A stretch of DNA of 64,000 bases, taken from assembly GCA_963823665.1 (NCBI GenBank), contig CAWGMQ010000002.1, positions 1 through 64,000 of the forward strand, written 5' to 3'. Position 1 is the stretch's first letter, and each line of letters starts with the position of its first letter. Positions 1 through 11,000 of this stretch are shown here, in pieces. The translations under genes and the position numbers were made by a program. This DNA comes from an uncultured Planctomycetota bacterium (lineage in GTDB: Bacteria; Planctomycetota; Planctomycetia; Isosphaerales; Isosphaeraceae). The notes beneath the pieces were generated by a model that saw only the letters and a list, made by a program, of their open reading frames with translations, had not been told where the DNA came from and made no database searches.

Positions 1-699
1 ATGAGCTTGGAAGCCTGGCCCGAAGTCCCGCGACCTCGCGACCGGGTCCTGACGTCAAGCGATCGAATGACGTTCATCAGATGTTGACGAGTGGAAAAGC
101 ACATCCCCGATGTGGTGAATGGAAGAGACGAGAAAGAAACGCGATTCGAGCCACGGACCAACCAGCATGGTTGGTTGCGCAGGCTAAGCTCAGCTTCGGC
201 ACGCGGGCCGGACCGGCATCACGCCGCACCGCCGGACGGAAGCCGAGCGAGCGGGCCGCCCAGAGCGGGCGGCGCTCCCTCCCCACGACGACTGACAACG
301 GCCGACTCGCAACTGATCTCCTATACTATTATGCGCGGATTTGGGCCCAACACATCGTTAGACCGCACTTTCTTGCGATGGTGTGTAAGCGCAAACTCAA
401 TCATCACAAGTGATTAAGATCGGGAGAATTTCATACTGAATTGCCCGTTCAATCGTTCAATACGGATTGAAAAGTGCCACGCAGACACTCCCCCGCGGAG
501 AGCGCGAAGCGCTCCACCCTTCGAATCCGGGTCGACCACCCTCCGGAAGTGGGCATGCGAAAACGGCCCGGGTCGATTCAACAGCTTCTTTCCCCCATGC
601 AGAACGTAGACTGGGTGCAACCCACCGGCCGTAATGCGATATCGAGTGGAGACCAAAGTCAGTGGCATCGGAGCGCGGCATGTCCGAACGCTCAAAAAA

Positions 700-1260
700 A
701 TGTCGGAGAACCCCCAGGCGTATGGTCTGCCTGCCCCGCACAAATGGACTGAAGCAGAGCTTGCCCTGGTTGGCACTGGCAGCGACCGCTTGGTAGCTAA
801 AGCTCTGGGCTTGCCCGTCAAGCTCGTCGCGTACAAACGACGGCGCTTGGGTATCCCACTCCTTACCCAGCGCTGGACGGAACACGAGCTTGCGTTGCTG
901 GGGACGGCATCCGACGACCAACTCGCCCGCACGCTGGGGAAACCCCATTCAGACGTCCGGAGAAGACGAGAGAACCTTGGAATTCCTACCTTCGCCCGCA
1001 AGCCTTGGTCGGAAGCAGAAATCGCCCTGCTCGGCAAAGCGAACGACTACGAGCTCGGGCGCAAGTTCGCAAGACCCACCTCGTCCATTCGCTTCAAACG
1101 TACGCAACTTGGCATTCCTGCCTTTCAGCCCCGCTGGAAGCCCGCGGAGCTCGCGTTGCTCGGCAACGACACGGACCAAAAAATCGCAAGGCTCCTGAAC
1201 CGAACGGAGGTTGCGGTCAGGGCGCGACGCACGAAGCTCAAAATCCCTTTCTTTCGCTGA
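700..1260 (+). CDS. Small basic protein with four ~43-aa tandem repeats (Myb/HTH-like), putative DNA-binding protein
   Basis: ORF 634..1260, likely ATG at 700; repeats of W-x2-(A/H)E(L/I)AL(L/V)G-x2-D-x2-(L/I/V)(A/G)-x2-L-x8-R-x2-L(G/K)IP, four copies. Confidence 0.7.
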   Translation: MSENPQAYGLPAPHKWTEAELALVGTGSDRLVAKALGLPVKLVAYKRRRLGIPLLTQRWTEHELALLGTASDDQLARTLGKPHSDVRRRRENLGIPTFARKPWSEAEIALLGKANDYELGRKFARPTSSIRFKRTQLGIPAFQPRWKPAELALLGNDTDQKIARLLNRTEVAVRARRTKLKIPFFR

Positions 1261-1361
1261 CCTCCCCCATCGTGGGAGAAACGCGCTCTGAGCTGTTGAA
1301 AACGTCCGATCAGAAGAGCGGCAATTTCCCTCCGCGTATGTTGCGCGAAGCTTCCCCCCCC

Positions 1362-1586
1362 TTAAGACGCATCGTCGCGATCCACGATCTCAGCGATGCG
1401 CTCGTTGGTCAAATCAATATCAGGCGGCCCGTCATAGTCGAAAATCGGCAGCGCGACCGGCCGCCCAGCCCTCGCGGAACGCGGCGATTTCGCTGGAAAC
1501 GAAACAGAAACACACGCGCCTTCGGGCAACGGCACCGGCAGGTGCAGCACAATTACGCCATTCTCAACCCGGCCAAGTAAGTTCAT
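1362..1586 (-). CDS. Small antitoxin-like protein (AF2212/DUF104-like N-terminus)
   Basis: MNLLGRVENGVIVLHLPVPLPEGACVSV resembles the G-x-V-x-NG-V-I...LPEG-x-x-V antitoxin N-terminus; acidic C-terminus. Confidence 0.55.
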   Translation of the reverse strand: MNLLGRVENGVIVLHLPVPLPEGACVSVSFPAKSPRSARAGRPVALPIFDYDGPPDIDLTNERIAEIVDRDDAS

Positions 1587-1726
1587 GCCCTCAGTGTCAC
1601 TTCTTGCTCGGCTGGAATCAAGCGCAGCCGCGGACGCAGGGAGAACAACCGTGACCACGCGAGCTCCTCCAGTTCACATCCCGCCGCCCCTCCCATCCAA
1701 AATCGAAAATCTCGAAATCTGACCAC

Positions 1727-2314
1727 TTGACTGCACGGGCGCTCCGGACTTATATCCGTTCAGATCAGATAACGCGCTCGACCCGGGCGCGACCTGACAC
1801 GCTGCCTTTTCGTTCCGAGGAGTTAGCGATGCGGCTTTCTCACAAAAGGCCTTACCCTGAAGTGGACGACTCCTCGCCATGCCTGTCGAAGCCATCAGTG
1901 TCCTGGTTCGAGAACGAGGTAGACATACTTGTTTCTTCATTAAGCAAGCACCGCAGATCCATCACTGTGTCATGCGGTGTGATCGCCTATGTGATCGGCT
2001 GGGGCGCGATCTTCCTTCTCGCGACCTGGGGCAAGGGCGAACGCTTTGGATATGAGAGTCTCTACCGCATCGGCGAGGTTACCGTTGAAAAAACAGATCA
2101 ATGGGGCCACCGCGAGCTGGCATACCGCAAGGCAATCGTTCCTTCGCCCGAGTTTTACGAACTCTTGATAGCCGGAACAGCCGTGGGTGTTGTTGGCGTG
2201 ACAGGCGCATCCCACCGCGGAAATCGGTTGGTGATCATCCCTGTTATTGGACTGATCCCTGTGCTGCTCGCCTGGTTAGCTATACTCGCGTCGTTAGCTT
2301 CGGCGGTTTTCTGA
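1727..2314 (+). CDS. Hypothetical membrane protein (about 3 hydrophobic segments); start uncertain
   Basis: 195-aa ORF with hydrophobic stretches GVIAYVIGWGAIFLLA, LLIAGTAVGVVGV and LVIIPVIGLIPVLLAWLAILA. Confidence 0.45.
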   Translation: MTARALRTYIRSDQITRSTRARPDTLPFRSEELAMRLSHKRPYPEVDDSSPCLSKPSVSWFENEVDILVSSLSKHRRSITVSCGVIAYVIGWGAIFLLATWGKGERFGYESLYRIGEVTVEKTDQWGHRELAYRKAIVPSPEFYELLIAGTAVGVVGVTGASHRGNRLVIIPVIGLIPVLLAWLAILASLASAVF

Positions 2315-2500
2315 TCGAACCAGTTAGAGAATACTGAACACGCGCGACGTTGGACGCGCCCTGACCGAGTACCGTCGCTACGATGCTGACGTGGCCGAAC
2401 GATACCTCTTTCTCCGCGTTCGCGGAAAGCTGCGGTCTCCAAAGAGTGAGTCGCGCAAATGGAATGACCGCCCGGCGGTTCCTACCGAGACACCACAGTC

Positions 2501-2962
2501 ATGAGCATCAATCTCACTCTCAAGGCGACGGGATCCTGTCCCTACTGGGCCTTTTTCGATCCGTCGGCGATCTCAAATCTGCTCCTTGTAGACGAGAACC
2601 ACATTCTCGATCACTTCCCTGAGTACCTCGCCCAGCTCCAGGTCGCGTGCGATTCGCATAAGGTCATTTTGCTGCACCCGTATGGTTACCCATACGTGCT
2701 CGTTGTGGCCGGCGAGTCGATCGATGGAATTCTGCAGGACGGGCGCTACCAGCAAGTTCTCGCCGGCAGCTTCGTCGCGCTTCCCAGCGGCTCCTTGATA
2801 TGCTCGGTCGTCAATAAAATGGCGACGGTATCAAACGAGTCGCTGGAACGACGTCGCCTCGAGACGAAATCAATCGCTTCAGAAATACCCCGAGCTCATC
2901 ATCGCGCTCGCGTGGTGCTATCTGTCGGACGTACCGCCGGGCCCGGTCAGTCCGCGGATTGA
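2501..2962 (+). CDS. Hypothetical protein (3' end possibly degraded)
   Basis: 153-aa ORF; the N-terminal two thirds are protein-like; no family recognised. Confidence 0.35.
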   Translation: MSINLTLKATGSCPYWAFFDPSAISNLLLVDENHILDHFPEYLAQLQVACDSHKVILLHPYGYPYVLVVAGESIDGILQDGRYQQVLAGSFVALPSGSLICSVVNKMATVSNESLERRRLETKSIASEIPRAHHRARVVLSVGRTAGPGQSAD

Positions 2963-3085
2963 TCTAACCGTGCCATCGCCAGCAAAACAGACGAAAAACG
3001 CAGATTTCGATTAGTGGAGCGCGAACGGCATGAGGCACCCTGGCGGAACGCCGCCGTTCCGCCAGGTCACCATCGTTTTCATCGC

Positions 3086-3943
3086 TCACGTGACCGTTTC
3101 GCCAACCTCTTGATCGGTCGTCACGCGCACGTCGAGCCGGCTCATCACCTTCTTGAGCGCATCTTCCTTCGCGGTGATGAATAGCACATTGTCGAGGATA
3201 AGCGCCTTCGACACATTCGGAACGTGCAAAACCAGCCTCCCCGAGCCCAGCATCACCCACTCGAGCACGTCGGGAATCTCTTTGTCGAACTTGAGGTTCA
3301 TCGTTGGATAGCGCTCGAGATCCGACAGCGGTCCGTGGTGGTGCAGGATCTCGTTCGGCAGCACCTCCCAGTAGTCGAGCCATCGCGTGACGTAGATGAC
3401 CGCGAAAACAATCATCAACGTGATGAACACCATGAGATAGAAACCTCGGTTCGCGACGGCGTAGATGCCCGAAAATAGGGCGTGGATGGGCTTCATCAAA
3501 TCCCATTCGTAGAACATGCTGATCCAGAGCACAAAGAACAACGCGAGCAGGATCGCCAGGATCCATGCAACCAGTGCGAACCGCGGGAAATCCAGCGCCA
3601 TCACCAGCAGGTTAAACGCAAACATTGCCAGGAAAAGCATGGCGAGAAGGTTCTGCGGGGTATAGAACCGCTGCACCTTGTCTCCGGTCGGAGCCGGTAA
3701 GTCACCAAACGTCTTCTGGTCTCCCTTGAAATGCTTCATCTCGACCGCTTCTTGCAATGGCCGAGTCGGGTCGTGCGTCCGGTCATGGATGATCCACATC
3801 CCGGCCCAGCAAATCAGGGCCACGATCGCCGTCGGGTAGAGGAAGATCACCTTGGGCCATGTGAAGATACGCATCCCCGTCTGGTGATGCTTGACCGGCG
3901 GCGGGGTTGAATGCGACGGGGATGGCTTCGCGTCCGTAGACAT
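3086..3943 (-). CDS. Hypothetical multi-pass membrane protein
   Basis: 285-aa ORF, about 4 TM helices followed by a soluble C-terminal domain; GC-rich codon usage. Confidence 0.75.
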   Translation of the reverse strand: MSTDAKPSPSHSTPPPVKHHQTGMRIFTWPKVIFLYPTAIVALICWAGMWIIHDRTHDPTRPLQEAVEMKHFKGDQKTFGDLPAPTGDKVQRFYTPQNLLAMLFLAMFAFNLLVMALDFPRFALVAWILAILLALFFVLWISMFYEWDLMKPIHALFSGIYAVANRGFYLMVFITLMIVFAVIYVTRWLDYWEVLPNEILHHHGPLSDLERYPTMNLKFDKEIPDVLEWVMLGSGRLVLHVPNVSKALILDNVLFITAKEDALKKVMSRLDVRVTTDQEVGETVT

Positions 3944-4260
3944 GACTCACAAACTCCAAGCTGAAAAATCAACACTAGGTTCCGGCGGCCGCGAACCAAA
4001 GTCACACGCACGGCGTGTGCCGGATGAAAGGCGAGGCCATCCTAACGCCCGCGGAATCCCCGGTAAAGTCCCTCAAGCCTTGAAGATTGGCCGAGCCGCG
4101 GCCGACATCCGGCCACGTATCAGGACCACTTTTCACCAAGCTCTTCGCTCGCTTTGGCCCAAGCTTGAAGAGACCCGCACCCCAATTTGGACGCGATGGG
4201 CCCATCAGCGAAGCTCGCTGAGATCGTCCAGCTACCACCGCGTGACACCTTCCCGCATGG

Positions 4261-7044
4261 CTACTGTGCCCGCAGATACAGCAAAGCCTCGCCTCCAAAC
4301 GGGGCCTTGAACTCCTGCCGCCCACCGCCCGAAACGGGATCACCCACGATTGTCTTGTCCGTATGGGGATCAAACCACTCGACAGCAAACCGGCGAGACG
4401 CCACCGTGAGATCGACCCAGATCGTCCCCCCTGAAGTTGCGTAGACGAGATATTCCTCACCCGCGTTGGCCAGGCAATACTCCGATGAAGCCAGCTCTGC
4501 GCGTGGCACCATGACCGCCAGATCCATCCGGGTCGCAAAAGTCCGCGTCTGCCCCATGGCCTTGCGAAGTGGTTCCCAGTACGCGTCTGGCCGGCCCGCT
4601 GCCGGGGCGTTGCGTCCGCCATCGTGGCTAGGATCGAGGTAAGGATCCATGAAGAGGCACTGGTTGCCGCGCGTGAAGTTCTTCCACACCCAGGCGCACT
4701 GAGCTGCTATCCCGTCCTTCTTGAGACCAGTCCAGAAGTACGAATGATCGGTGTCGTTCACGATCACCTTGCGCCCATCACCAGTCAGGAATCGCGCCCC
4801 GGGTGAGATCCAATCGGCCGGGCTCTGAAACAACACCTCATCCTTTCCATCCGGGTATTGTGCCGTCATGCCCACCGGGTGCTGTTTCGGCTTCTTCGCC
4901 TCGTAGTCCTTGACGAACCGGATGAAATGAACCTGCCAGGCCGTCCCCGCAGGTCCGCCTCTGTCTTCGTTCGTGATCTCATAAAGCACGTTGTCCAGGT
5001 CATTCACTGTATCGATGACCTTTCGCACATACGCTTCTTGAATGGCCGTGACACCGGGGTTGGAGAGCGTATGCGCCTGCGTGCCGCGCTCGCCGTTGAC
5101 TCGGTTCACGTTGTTCTCACCATTCAAGGGATGCCCCCGCCACGGATCACCCCCGACGTTCCCTTTGCCTTCAACGCTAAACCCCTGGAAGAGCATGACG
5201 GAGACGTAAATGCCTTGGTCACCCGCGGCCTTCACACGCTGTCGCATGCGTGCAAAATAAGCCTCGTTGAACCGCGTCAGGTCGAAGCTTGGCTTGCCGT
5301 CCAGCGCGTTCCCAGGGCCGGTTCGCACGTAAGGCATCGTAGTGTAGTGGGTCGTGGTTTGGTTGGCCTTCGGATTGAAAGGGCTCTCCCAGGCCCACAG
5401 GCGGAAGAAGTTGTGGTTGTGCGCCTTCAAGAACGCAAGGTAGGCGTCGAAGTCGAACGGCGGCGGCGATTGCGCGCCCTCGTACCTGGTGTCCTGGAGG
5501 TTATTCCAGGTGTGCGATCCGGTGAGGAAGACTGCCGTTCGCCCGTCGGCCGTGAAGTACCGCGGGTTGGTCGGGTGCACGCGTAGCGGGCCCGTTGCCC
5601 GAGTGGGTCCCGGCTTCGGCGGCGATGTCGGCCCTTGCGTACACTCCGCGGGCTCTCCCACAGCTTCCGGCCGGTGTCGGGGTAGCTCCGCCTTCATATC
5701 CCCAAGACTATTCCAGTGCACCCGCCGGTCGAGATCCACTTCGGCGACAATGACCGTGCCCCATTTCTCGGCCTTTGCCATCGGCTTCCCGTCGGGGCCA
5801 TAGATCGCGGTGAGCATCCAGTTTCGCGAGATGTCTTCATAAGTGCTGCTGACAACGTAGACCTGGTTATCGCACGCGCGGGCCCCGGCTAAGTCTGGAT
5901 TGCAGCCCCACACCGGCCAGGCAATCACCTCGGCCCCGGCCTTTGCCAGCTCGGCAGCCACTTCGGGAAAGAATCCGTCGTAACAGACCATCATTCCGAG
6001 CTTGCCGAAGCGTGTTGAAAACACCGGGTATTCTTTCCCCGGAGCGATCCCTCCAGCGATTTCGCCGCGCGGCAGGCACACCTTGCGGTATTTACCCGCC
6101 AATTTGCCGTCGGGCCCCAGCAGCACGGCCACGTTGTAGACCAGGTGTCGATCGCGCTCGAGCAAGCCGGCGACAATGTACATTCCATGTTTCTTGGCCA
6201 GTGCTCCGAAGTATTCCGTTGATGGCCCGGGCACAGGCTCGGCAATCTCCGCGAACGATTTGCCCGTGCCATAGTAAGTCACCGTCTCGCCCAGCACGAC
6301 GAGATCCGCATGTTGCTTGGCCGCCTGCTCGATCAGTGGAGCGTATTCCTCGCAGTTAGCCCGCGGCGACTTCCCGCCCGGCCGGAAATGCACCGACGCG
6401 AGGCGCACCTTCCGTCCTGCCGGCGGTTTAGCTTGCGAAAGCGTGACGTCGCTCCACTCGACCTTGCCCGCCGGCGCCCACTGCAAATGCAGCTCCACAA
6501 CGGCTTGAGTCGCCTGAGGCGGAGCTTGGTACGTATCCGAAACCTCCGTCCAGCCGCGGGCATCAGTTTCCTTATCCGTGGGGTATTCCGGCTCGGCAGT
6601 CCCAGCCCAGCCCTTCAAATACCCGGTAACCGCGGGCTCACTCATGGGAACAGGCTTGCCCTTGTCGTTCTGCCAGACGATCCGCACGAGCGTGCTACGG
6701 CGAGGAACCTTCACGTTGTCGACTCTGCACCGCGCCCGAAAGCGATAGTGTTGCCCGCCGGTAACAGGAAAGCCCTTTTGCCACCACCCGCTCAACCCTT
6801 CCCGCTCGTCTGCCGCGATGACCAGGCTGCCGTCACCCTTGGGGCCGCCTCTGGGATCAAACGAGAACCCCGGCCGGATTTCCGCACGCGGCGAAGCCGA
6901 CTGCCATCCAGGAGGCGTCTGACCATCTGCGCCCAACACGGCCGAAGAGGTTTGCCCAGCACCGATTCGGCACGCAGACAAACCCAGCGTCGCAACGAGC
7001 GAGAGAGCAAACGGCGCAGCCCATCGCGTAAAGAATCGCCTCAT
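4261..7044 (-). CDS. Predicted lipoprotein: carbon-nitrogen hydrolase (nitrilase superfamily) domain fused to a glycoside-hydrolase-like TIM barrel and a C-terminal putative collagen-binding-type domain
   Basis: ATG 7044 after GAGGAGG; signal peptide with lipobox LSAC; catalytic-triad motifs VLGE, YRKVCL and [10 protein letters not shown]; second half WNNLQD...NFFRLW...NVLYEITNE...; C-terminal [13 protein letters not shown]...VEWFDP. Confidence 0.8.
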   Translation of the reverse strand: MRRFFTRWAAPFALSLVATLGLSACRIGAGQTSSAVLGADGQTPPGWQSASPRAEIRPGFSFDPRGGPKGDGSLVIAADEREGLSGWWQKGFPVTGGQHYRFRARCRVDNVKVPRRSTLVRIVWQNDKGKPVPMSEPAVTGYLKGWAGTAEPEYPTDKETDARGWTEVSDTYQAPPQATQAVVELHLQWAPAGKVEWSDVTLSQAKPPAGRKVRLASVHFRPGGKSPRANCEEYAPLIEQAAKQHADLVVLGETVTYYGTGKSFAEIAEPVPGPSTEYFGALAKKHGMYIVAGLLERDRHLVYNVAVLLGPDGKLAGKYRKVCLPRGEIAGGIAPGKEYPVFSTRFGKLGMMVCYDGFFPEVAAELAKAGAEVIAWPVWGCNPDLAGARACDNQVYVVSSTYEDISRNWMLTAIYGPDGKPMAKAEKWGTVIVAEVDLDRRVHWNSLGDMKAELPRHRPEAVGEPAECTQGPTSPPKPGPTRATGPLRVHPTNPRYFTADGRTAVFLTGSHTWNNLQDTRYEGAQSPPPFDFDAYLAFLKAHNHNFFRLWAWESPFNPKANQTTTHYTTMPYVRTGPGNALDGKPSFDLTRFNEAYFARMRQRVKAAGDQGIYVSVMLFQGFSVEGKGNVGGDPWRGHPLNGENNVNRVNGERGTQAHTLSNPGVTAIQEAYVRKVIDTVNDLDNVLYEITNEDRGGPAGTAWQVHFIRFVKDYEAKKPKQHPVGMTAQYPDGKDEVLFQSPADWISPGARFLTGDGRKVIVNDTDHSYFWTGLKKDGIAAQCAWVWKNFTRGNQCLFMDPYLDPSHDGGRNAPAAGRPDAYWEPLRKAMGQTRTFATRMDLAVMVPRAELASSEYCLANAGEEYLVYATSGGTIWVDLTVASRRFAVEWFDPHTDKTIVGDPVSGGGRQEFKAPFGGEALLYLRAQ

Positions 7045-7273
7045 GAAACGCCTCCTCGCTCGTGTATTCTCATCCTGCACGATATCGCGCGGCGGGTTCG
7101 AAAAAAGTGGCCACGCACGTGAGTGGGTGGTTCGGACGGGACGCAAGTCCTCCAACCTCGGGCGTGAGCCCGATCCTCCGCGGCGATCTCACTCACGGCG
7201 GTTTGATCAGTGCTCGACCTTAACTCGCAAACGCCTATCGGACAAGCAGTCATCCGCACTTCTCCGCCTGGCT

Positions 7274-7690
7274 CTAGTCCCACCAGATGGTCAGCAGACC
7301 ATATTCGTCGCGCCCCGTGCCCAAAGCTCCATCGATGTCATCTTGATTCTCGTACACATACACCTCGCCGCCCCAGTCTTCTTCTTCAGCGATACGGCCA
7401 AGCTCACGTGCTTGAGCGTGATTCTCAGTCAAGACAAAGAGCGTGTCGGCGTTCCAAAGGTCGTCGGGCAAATCCCGAAGCTTGATAAGGCCGGACATCA
7501 GTAATCGGGTCGGCTTTGCGTAGTTCGCCAGCCCCTGTCGATCCAGGAGCACGGCCATCCAGAGCTCACGGTGGCGTAACAGGCTTGCGCTCACCCGTTC
7601 ACCATCGAAGGCGTTAAACGCGGTACGCCGGATCAACTCTAGCTGAATTTCTTGAACCGTCGCGTCGCTCAGTGACCGTGGCTCATTCAT
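7274..7690 (-). CDS. Hypothetical protein
   Basis: 138-aa ORF with RBS-like GAGG upstream, ends ...LTIWWD. Confidence 0.7.
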   Translation of the reverse strand: MNEPRSLSDATVQEIQLELIRRTAFNAFDGERVSASLLRHRELWMAVLLDRQGLANYAKPTRLLMSGLIKLRDLPDDLWNADTLFVLTENHAQARELGRIAEEEDWGGEVYVYENQDDIDGALGTGRDEYGLLTIWWD

Positions 7691-7803
7691 AATTTACCTC
7701 TCGAAAAGTGTGTGCCCGTATGATATCGCTAGGCCAGCGCTCTCTTGTCAACTCCTTGCCGCAGGCAGGCAACGCAAGGTAAAACAAAAGGCTGACGACT
7801 CTC

Positions 7804-7892
7804 GGAGAGGTGACAGAGTGGTCGATTGTGCGGCACTGGAAATGCCGTGTGCGGGTCAAACTGCACCGTGGGTTCGAATCCCACCCTCTCCG
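7804..7892 (+). tRNA. tRNA-Ser (anticodon GGA), long variable arm, CCA not encoded
   Basis: Acceptor stem GGAGAGG/CCTCTCC, anticodon arm CGGCA-CTGGAAA-TGCCG, variable arm GTGCGG..CTGCAC, T-loop GGTTCGAATCC. Confidence 0.95.
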
Positions 7893-8091
7893 CTTAAGTT
7901 TAGAATAATTATGAAGTTACGTGGCCAGCTCAATACCGCAGCGACGAGTGTTCTTCTGGCTTAATCGCTTTGACTTAATCCGCTGGCTTAAATCGGCGCC
8001 GTTGCCCGGTGGCTTTCTCATCGCAGATGTGTGGTATTCGCGGTAAGCCCGAACGTCTGGCGCGGCGCCGGCGGAATCATTCCCAACGGCG

Positions 8092-11000
8092 TCAAGGCCT
8101 GCGTGCCGCGGTGAATCGCGATGACACTGACTCATGCTTCGCCCGGTCTGCCGAGGCGCGGCGCTCGTGAGGGGCACGGGAGTCCCATATCCGAACAGTG
8201 TAGTCTCCTGAGCCGGAGACCAGCACCGTGCCGTCGGGGCTGAACACCACGGAGTGGACGTACGCTGTGTGTCCGCGGAGCTCGGCCACCTCGTCGAAGG
8301 TGTCGGTGTCCCAGAGATGGACCATGTTGTCGCCGCAGCCCGTGGCCAGCCGCGAGCCGTCGGCGCTGAACGCCGTCGCGTACACGATGCCATGATGCTT
8401 GAACACGGCGAGACTTGAATACGTCCCGGCGTCCCACAGCCGGGCCGTCATGTCTTCGCACGCCGTGGCAATCTTGCGGCCATCGGGGCTGAAGGCTACG
8501 CGGTAAACTGTCTTGCCGTGGCCCCGTAAGACCCGAAGAACCGCCCGGCGCCCGACATCCCAGATCCGGACCGATCCGTCGACGTGGGCGGAGACGAGTC
8601 GTGATCCGTCGCGATTGAAGGCGACATCGGTCGCGGGAGGGCCGGATGGCGCCAGGTCGACGTCGGCGTTACCTCCCGAGGGGGCGAACAGGCGAACCGA
8701 GCCATTTTGCCCCCCGGTCGATGCCGCGAGGTCCCGGCCGGGCGAAAAGGCGACCCGTTGCTCGGTGAACTCTTTGCCCGTCAAATCTCGATATGCCGTC
8801 GCACGGGCAGTTGCCAGGTCCCAGGTGCAAAGGCGGTTGGGCCGGCACGCCGAGACGAGCTGCCGGCCATCAGGATGGAACGCCGCGAAGGTGACGACTT
8901 CACTCGTGTGCCGCAACACCCCCATCGACTGGCGTCGTGCCGGGTCCCAGAGCCGGACCGTGCCATCCCACGCCGCCGAGGCGACAGCCGCGCCTGAGGG
9001 GCTGAACGCAACGTCGTAAACGAAGCTCGCATGGCGGCCCAGTACGCCTTGCTTCTTGACCGATTCGATATCCCAGAGGTGGACCAAACCGTCGGAATCG
9101 ACGCTTCCCAGCACCGCACCATCCGGATGCGAGACGGTGAACTCGTGGACACGCGCCTGGCCTCGAAACACACCGATCAGCTCTCGATCCTGCACGTCCC
9201 ACAACCGGAACGTGCTGTCCAATGAAGCCGAGATGATACTTTGGCCGTCGGGGAGGAAGAATGCGCCAATCACCCGGTCGGAGTGCCCGCGCAGGGTGCC
9301 GACCGGCTGGCCGGTCAGACCGTCCCAGAGCCGCAAAGTCTGGTCGTGAGAGGCCGACACGATGCGATGCCCGTCCGGGCTGAACTCCACGTGGCTGATC
9401 GTATTGATGTGTCCTTCCATCGACGCGAGTGCACGACCCGTGGCCAGGTCCCAGATCCACACGCGGTTCTGCGGATAGTCAGTGCCCGCTGCGAGCCGCG
9501 TTCCATCGGGACTGAACGCGATCGCGAGTACCTGGGCATTGCTGCAGACCAGTGGAGCGAGCTCCTCACCCGTCGCGGTGTTCCACAACTGAACCACGCC
9601 CACGCGGCCAACGGCGAAGCTCTTTCCGTCGGGGCTGAGTCTGGTGACCCGGGTCGCTTTCACGCCGGCCAAGCTGCGGACGGTCGCGCCTCGGGCCAGG
9701 TCCCAGACACGGAGATCTCCGTCGGTGGACTGGGTCACGAGCCGCGAGCCATCGTCACTCAATTCCAACTTGACGACGGGCTGGAAGTGGTCGCGAAGCA
9801 ACTCGAGCGGTGCGCCACTTGCCGCGTCCCAGAGGCGCACGGTGCCGTCGGCCGATGACGATGCGATTCGCTTGCCGTTTTGGCTCCAGGCGATGCGCAG
9901 GATCTTGCCCTCGTGGCCGGAGAGCACGGCAACCTCGCGGCCGGCCACCAGATCGTGGAGATGGAGCGAGGGCTCGCCCTCGTCGGCATAGACGACCTGG
10001 CGGCAATCGGGGCTCAGAGCGACCAGTCCGGCCGGCGCGTTCCCAGGCCGGAAGACGGCACGGGAGTTGTCGAGCTGGCCGATCAGATACCGCCACTCCC
10101 AGTTGCAGTACTCCGTCGGCGTCGATTCGAGCAGCCGGCGGGCCGTTTCCGTGTGATTCAGCTCCAGGGCGGTTGCGGCGGCCGTGATGTCGGCCCGATA
10201 GAGGGCCCGGCGCGATTCGATGCTGCTCTGCTGCGCCCGCAGCCAGAGCGCCGTGAGGGAAGCGAGCGCCAGGATGATTACGACCACCAGCGACGTCGCG
10301 AGGGCGGCCAGACGGGGTTGGCGGCGGGCCCATTTGACCAATCGCTCCGAGAGCCGGGGAGGACGCGCCAGGATCGGTTCATCGGTCAGGAAGCGGCGGA
10401 GGTCTTCTCCCAGGGCCGAGGCGGTGAGATAGCGCGCTTTCGGCTCCCGCTCGATTGCTTTCAAGACGATGGTGTCAAGGTCGCGTGGCACGTTCGGCTT
10501 GATGCGTCGCGGCGCGACCGGCGAATCCGACGCGGCGGCGCGCAGCACGGCCGCCGGACTCTCGCCCCGGAATGGCGGCTGGCCGGTCAGGAGCTGGTAA
10601 AGGATCACTCCGAGTGCGTAGACGTCGACTGCCGGGCCCACCTGCGCCGGGTCGCCGTCGGCCTGCTCGGGAGCCATGTACTCGGGTGTGCCCACGGCGA
10701 AGCCCGTCTTCGTGAGTCCGGGATGGTCCTGGAGGGTGCGCGCCAGACCAAAGTCGGTGATCTTGAAAGTCAGACCGGCGACAAGTCCGGGCTTGCTCGT
10801 AGCGGCCAGTGTGCTCGGCGGGGCGCCCTCGTCGTCGGGCTGCACCAGGATGTTGGCGGGCTTGAGATCGCGATGGATCACTCCTTGACGATGGGCGGCG
10901 TCAATGGCCAGGGCGAGCGTGCCGATCAGCCTCGCCGCCTCCTGGGCCGACCAAGGTGTGCCGTCGAGCCGCTGGGCCAGTGTTCCACCGCTAACCCACT

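Noticed and set aside
1..630. ORFs 81..413 and 91..417, and a possible gene start running off the left edge
   Set aside because: No recognisable motifs or RBS; cannot be supported
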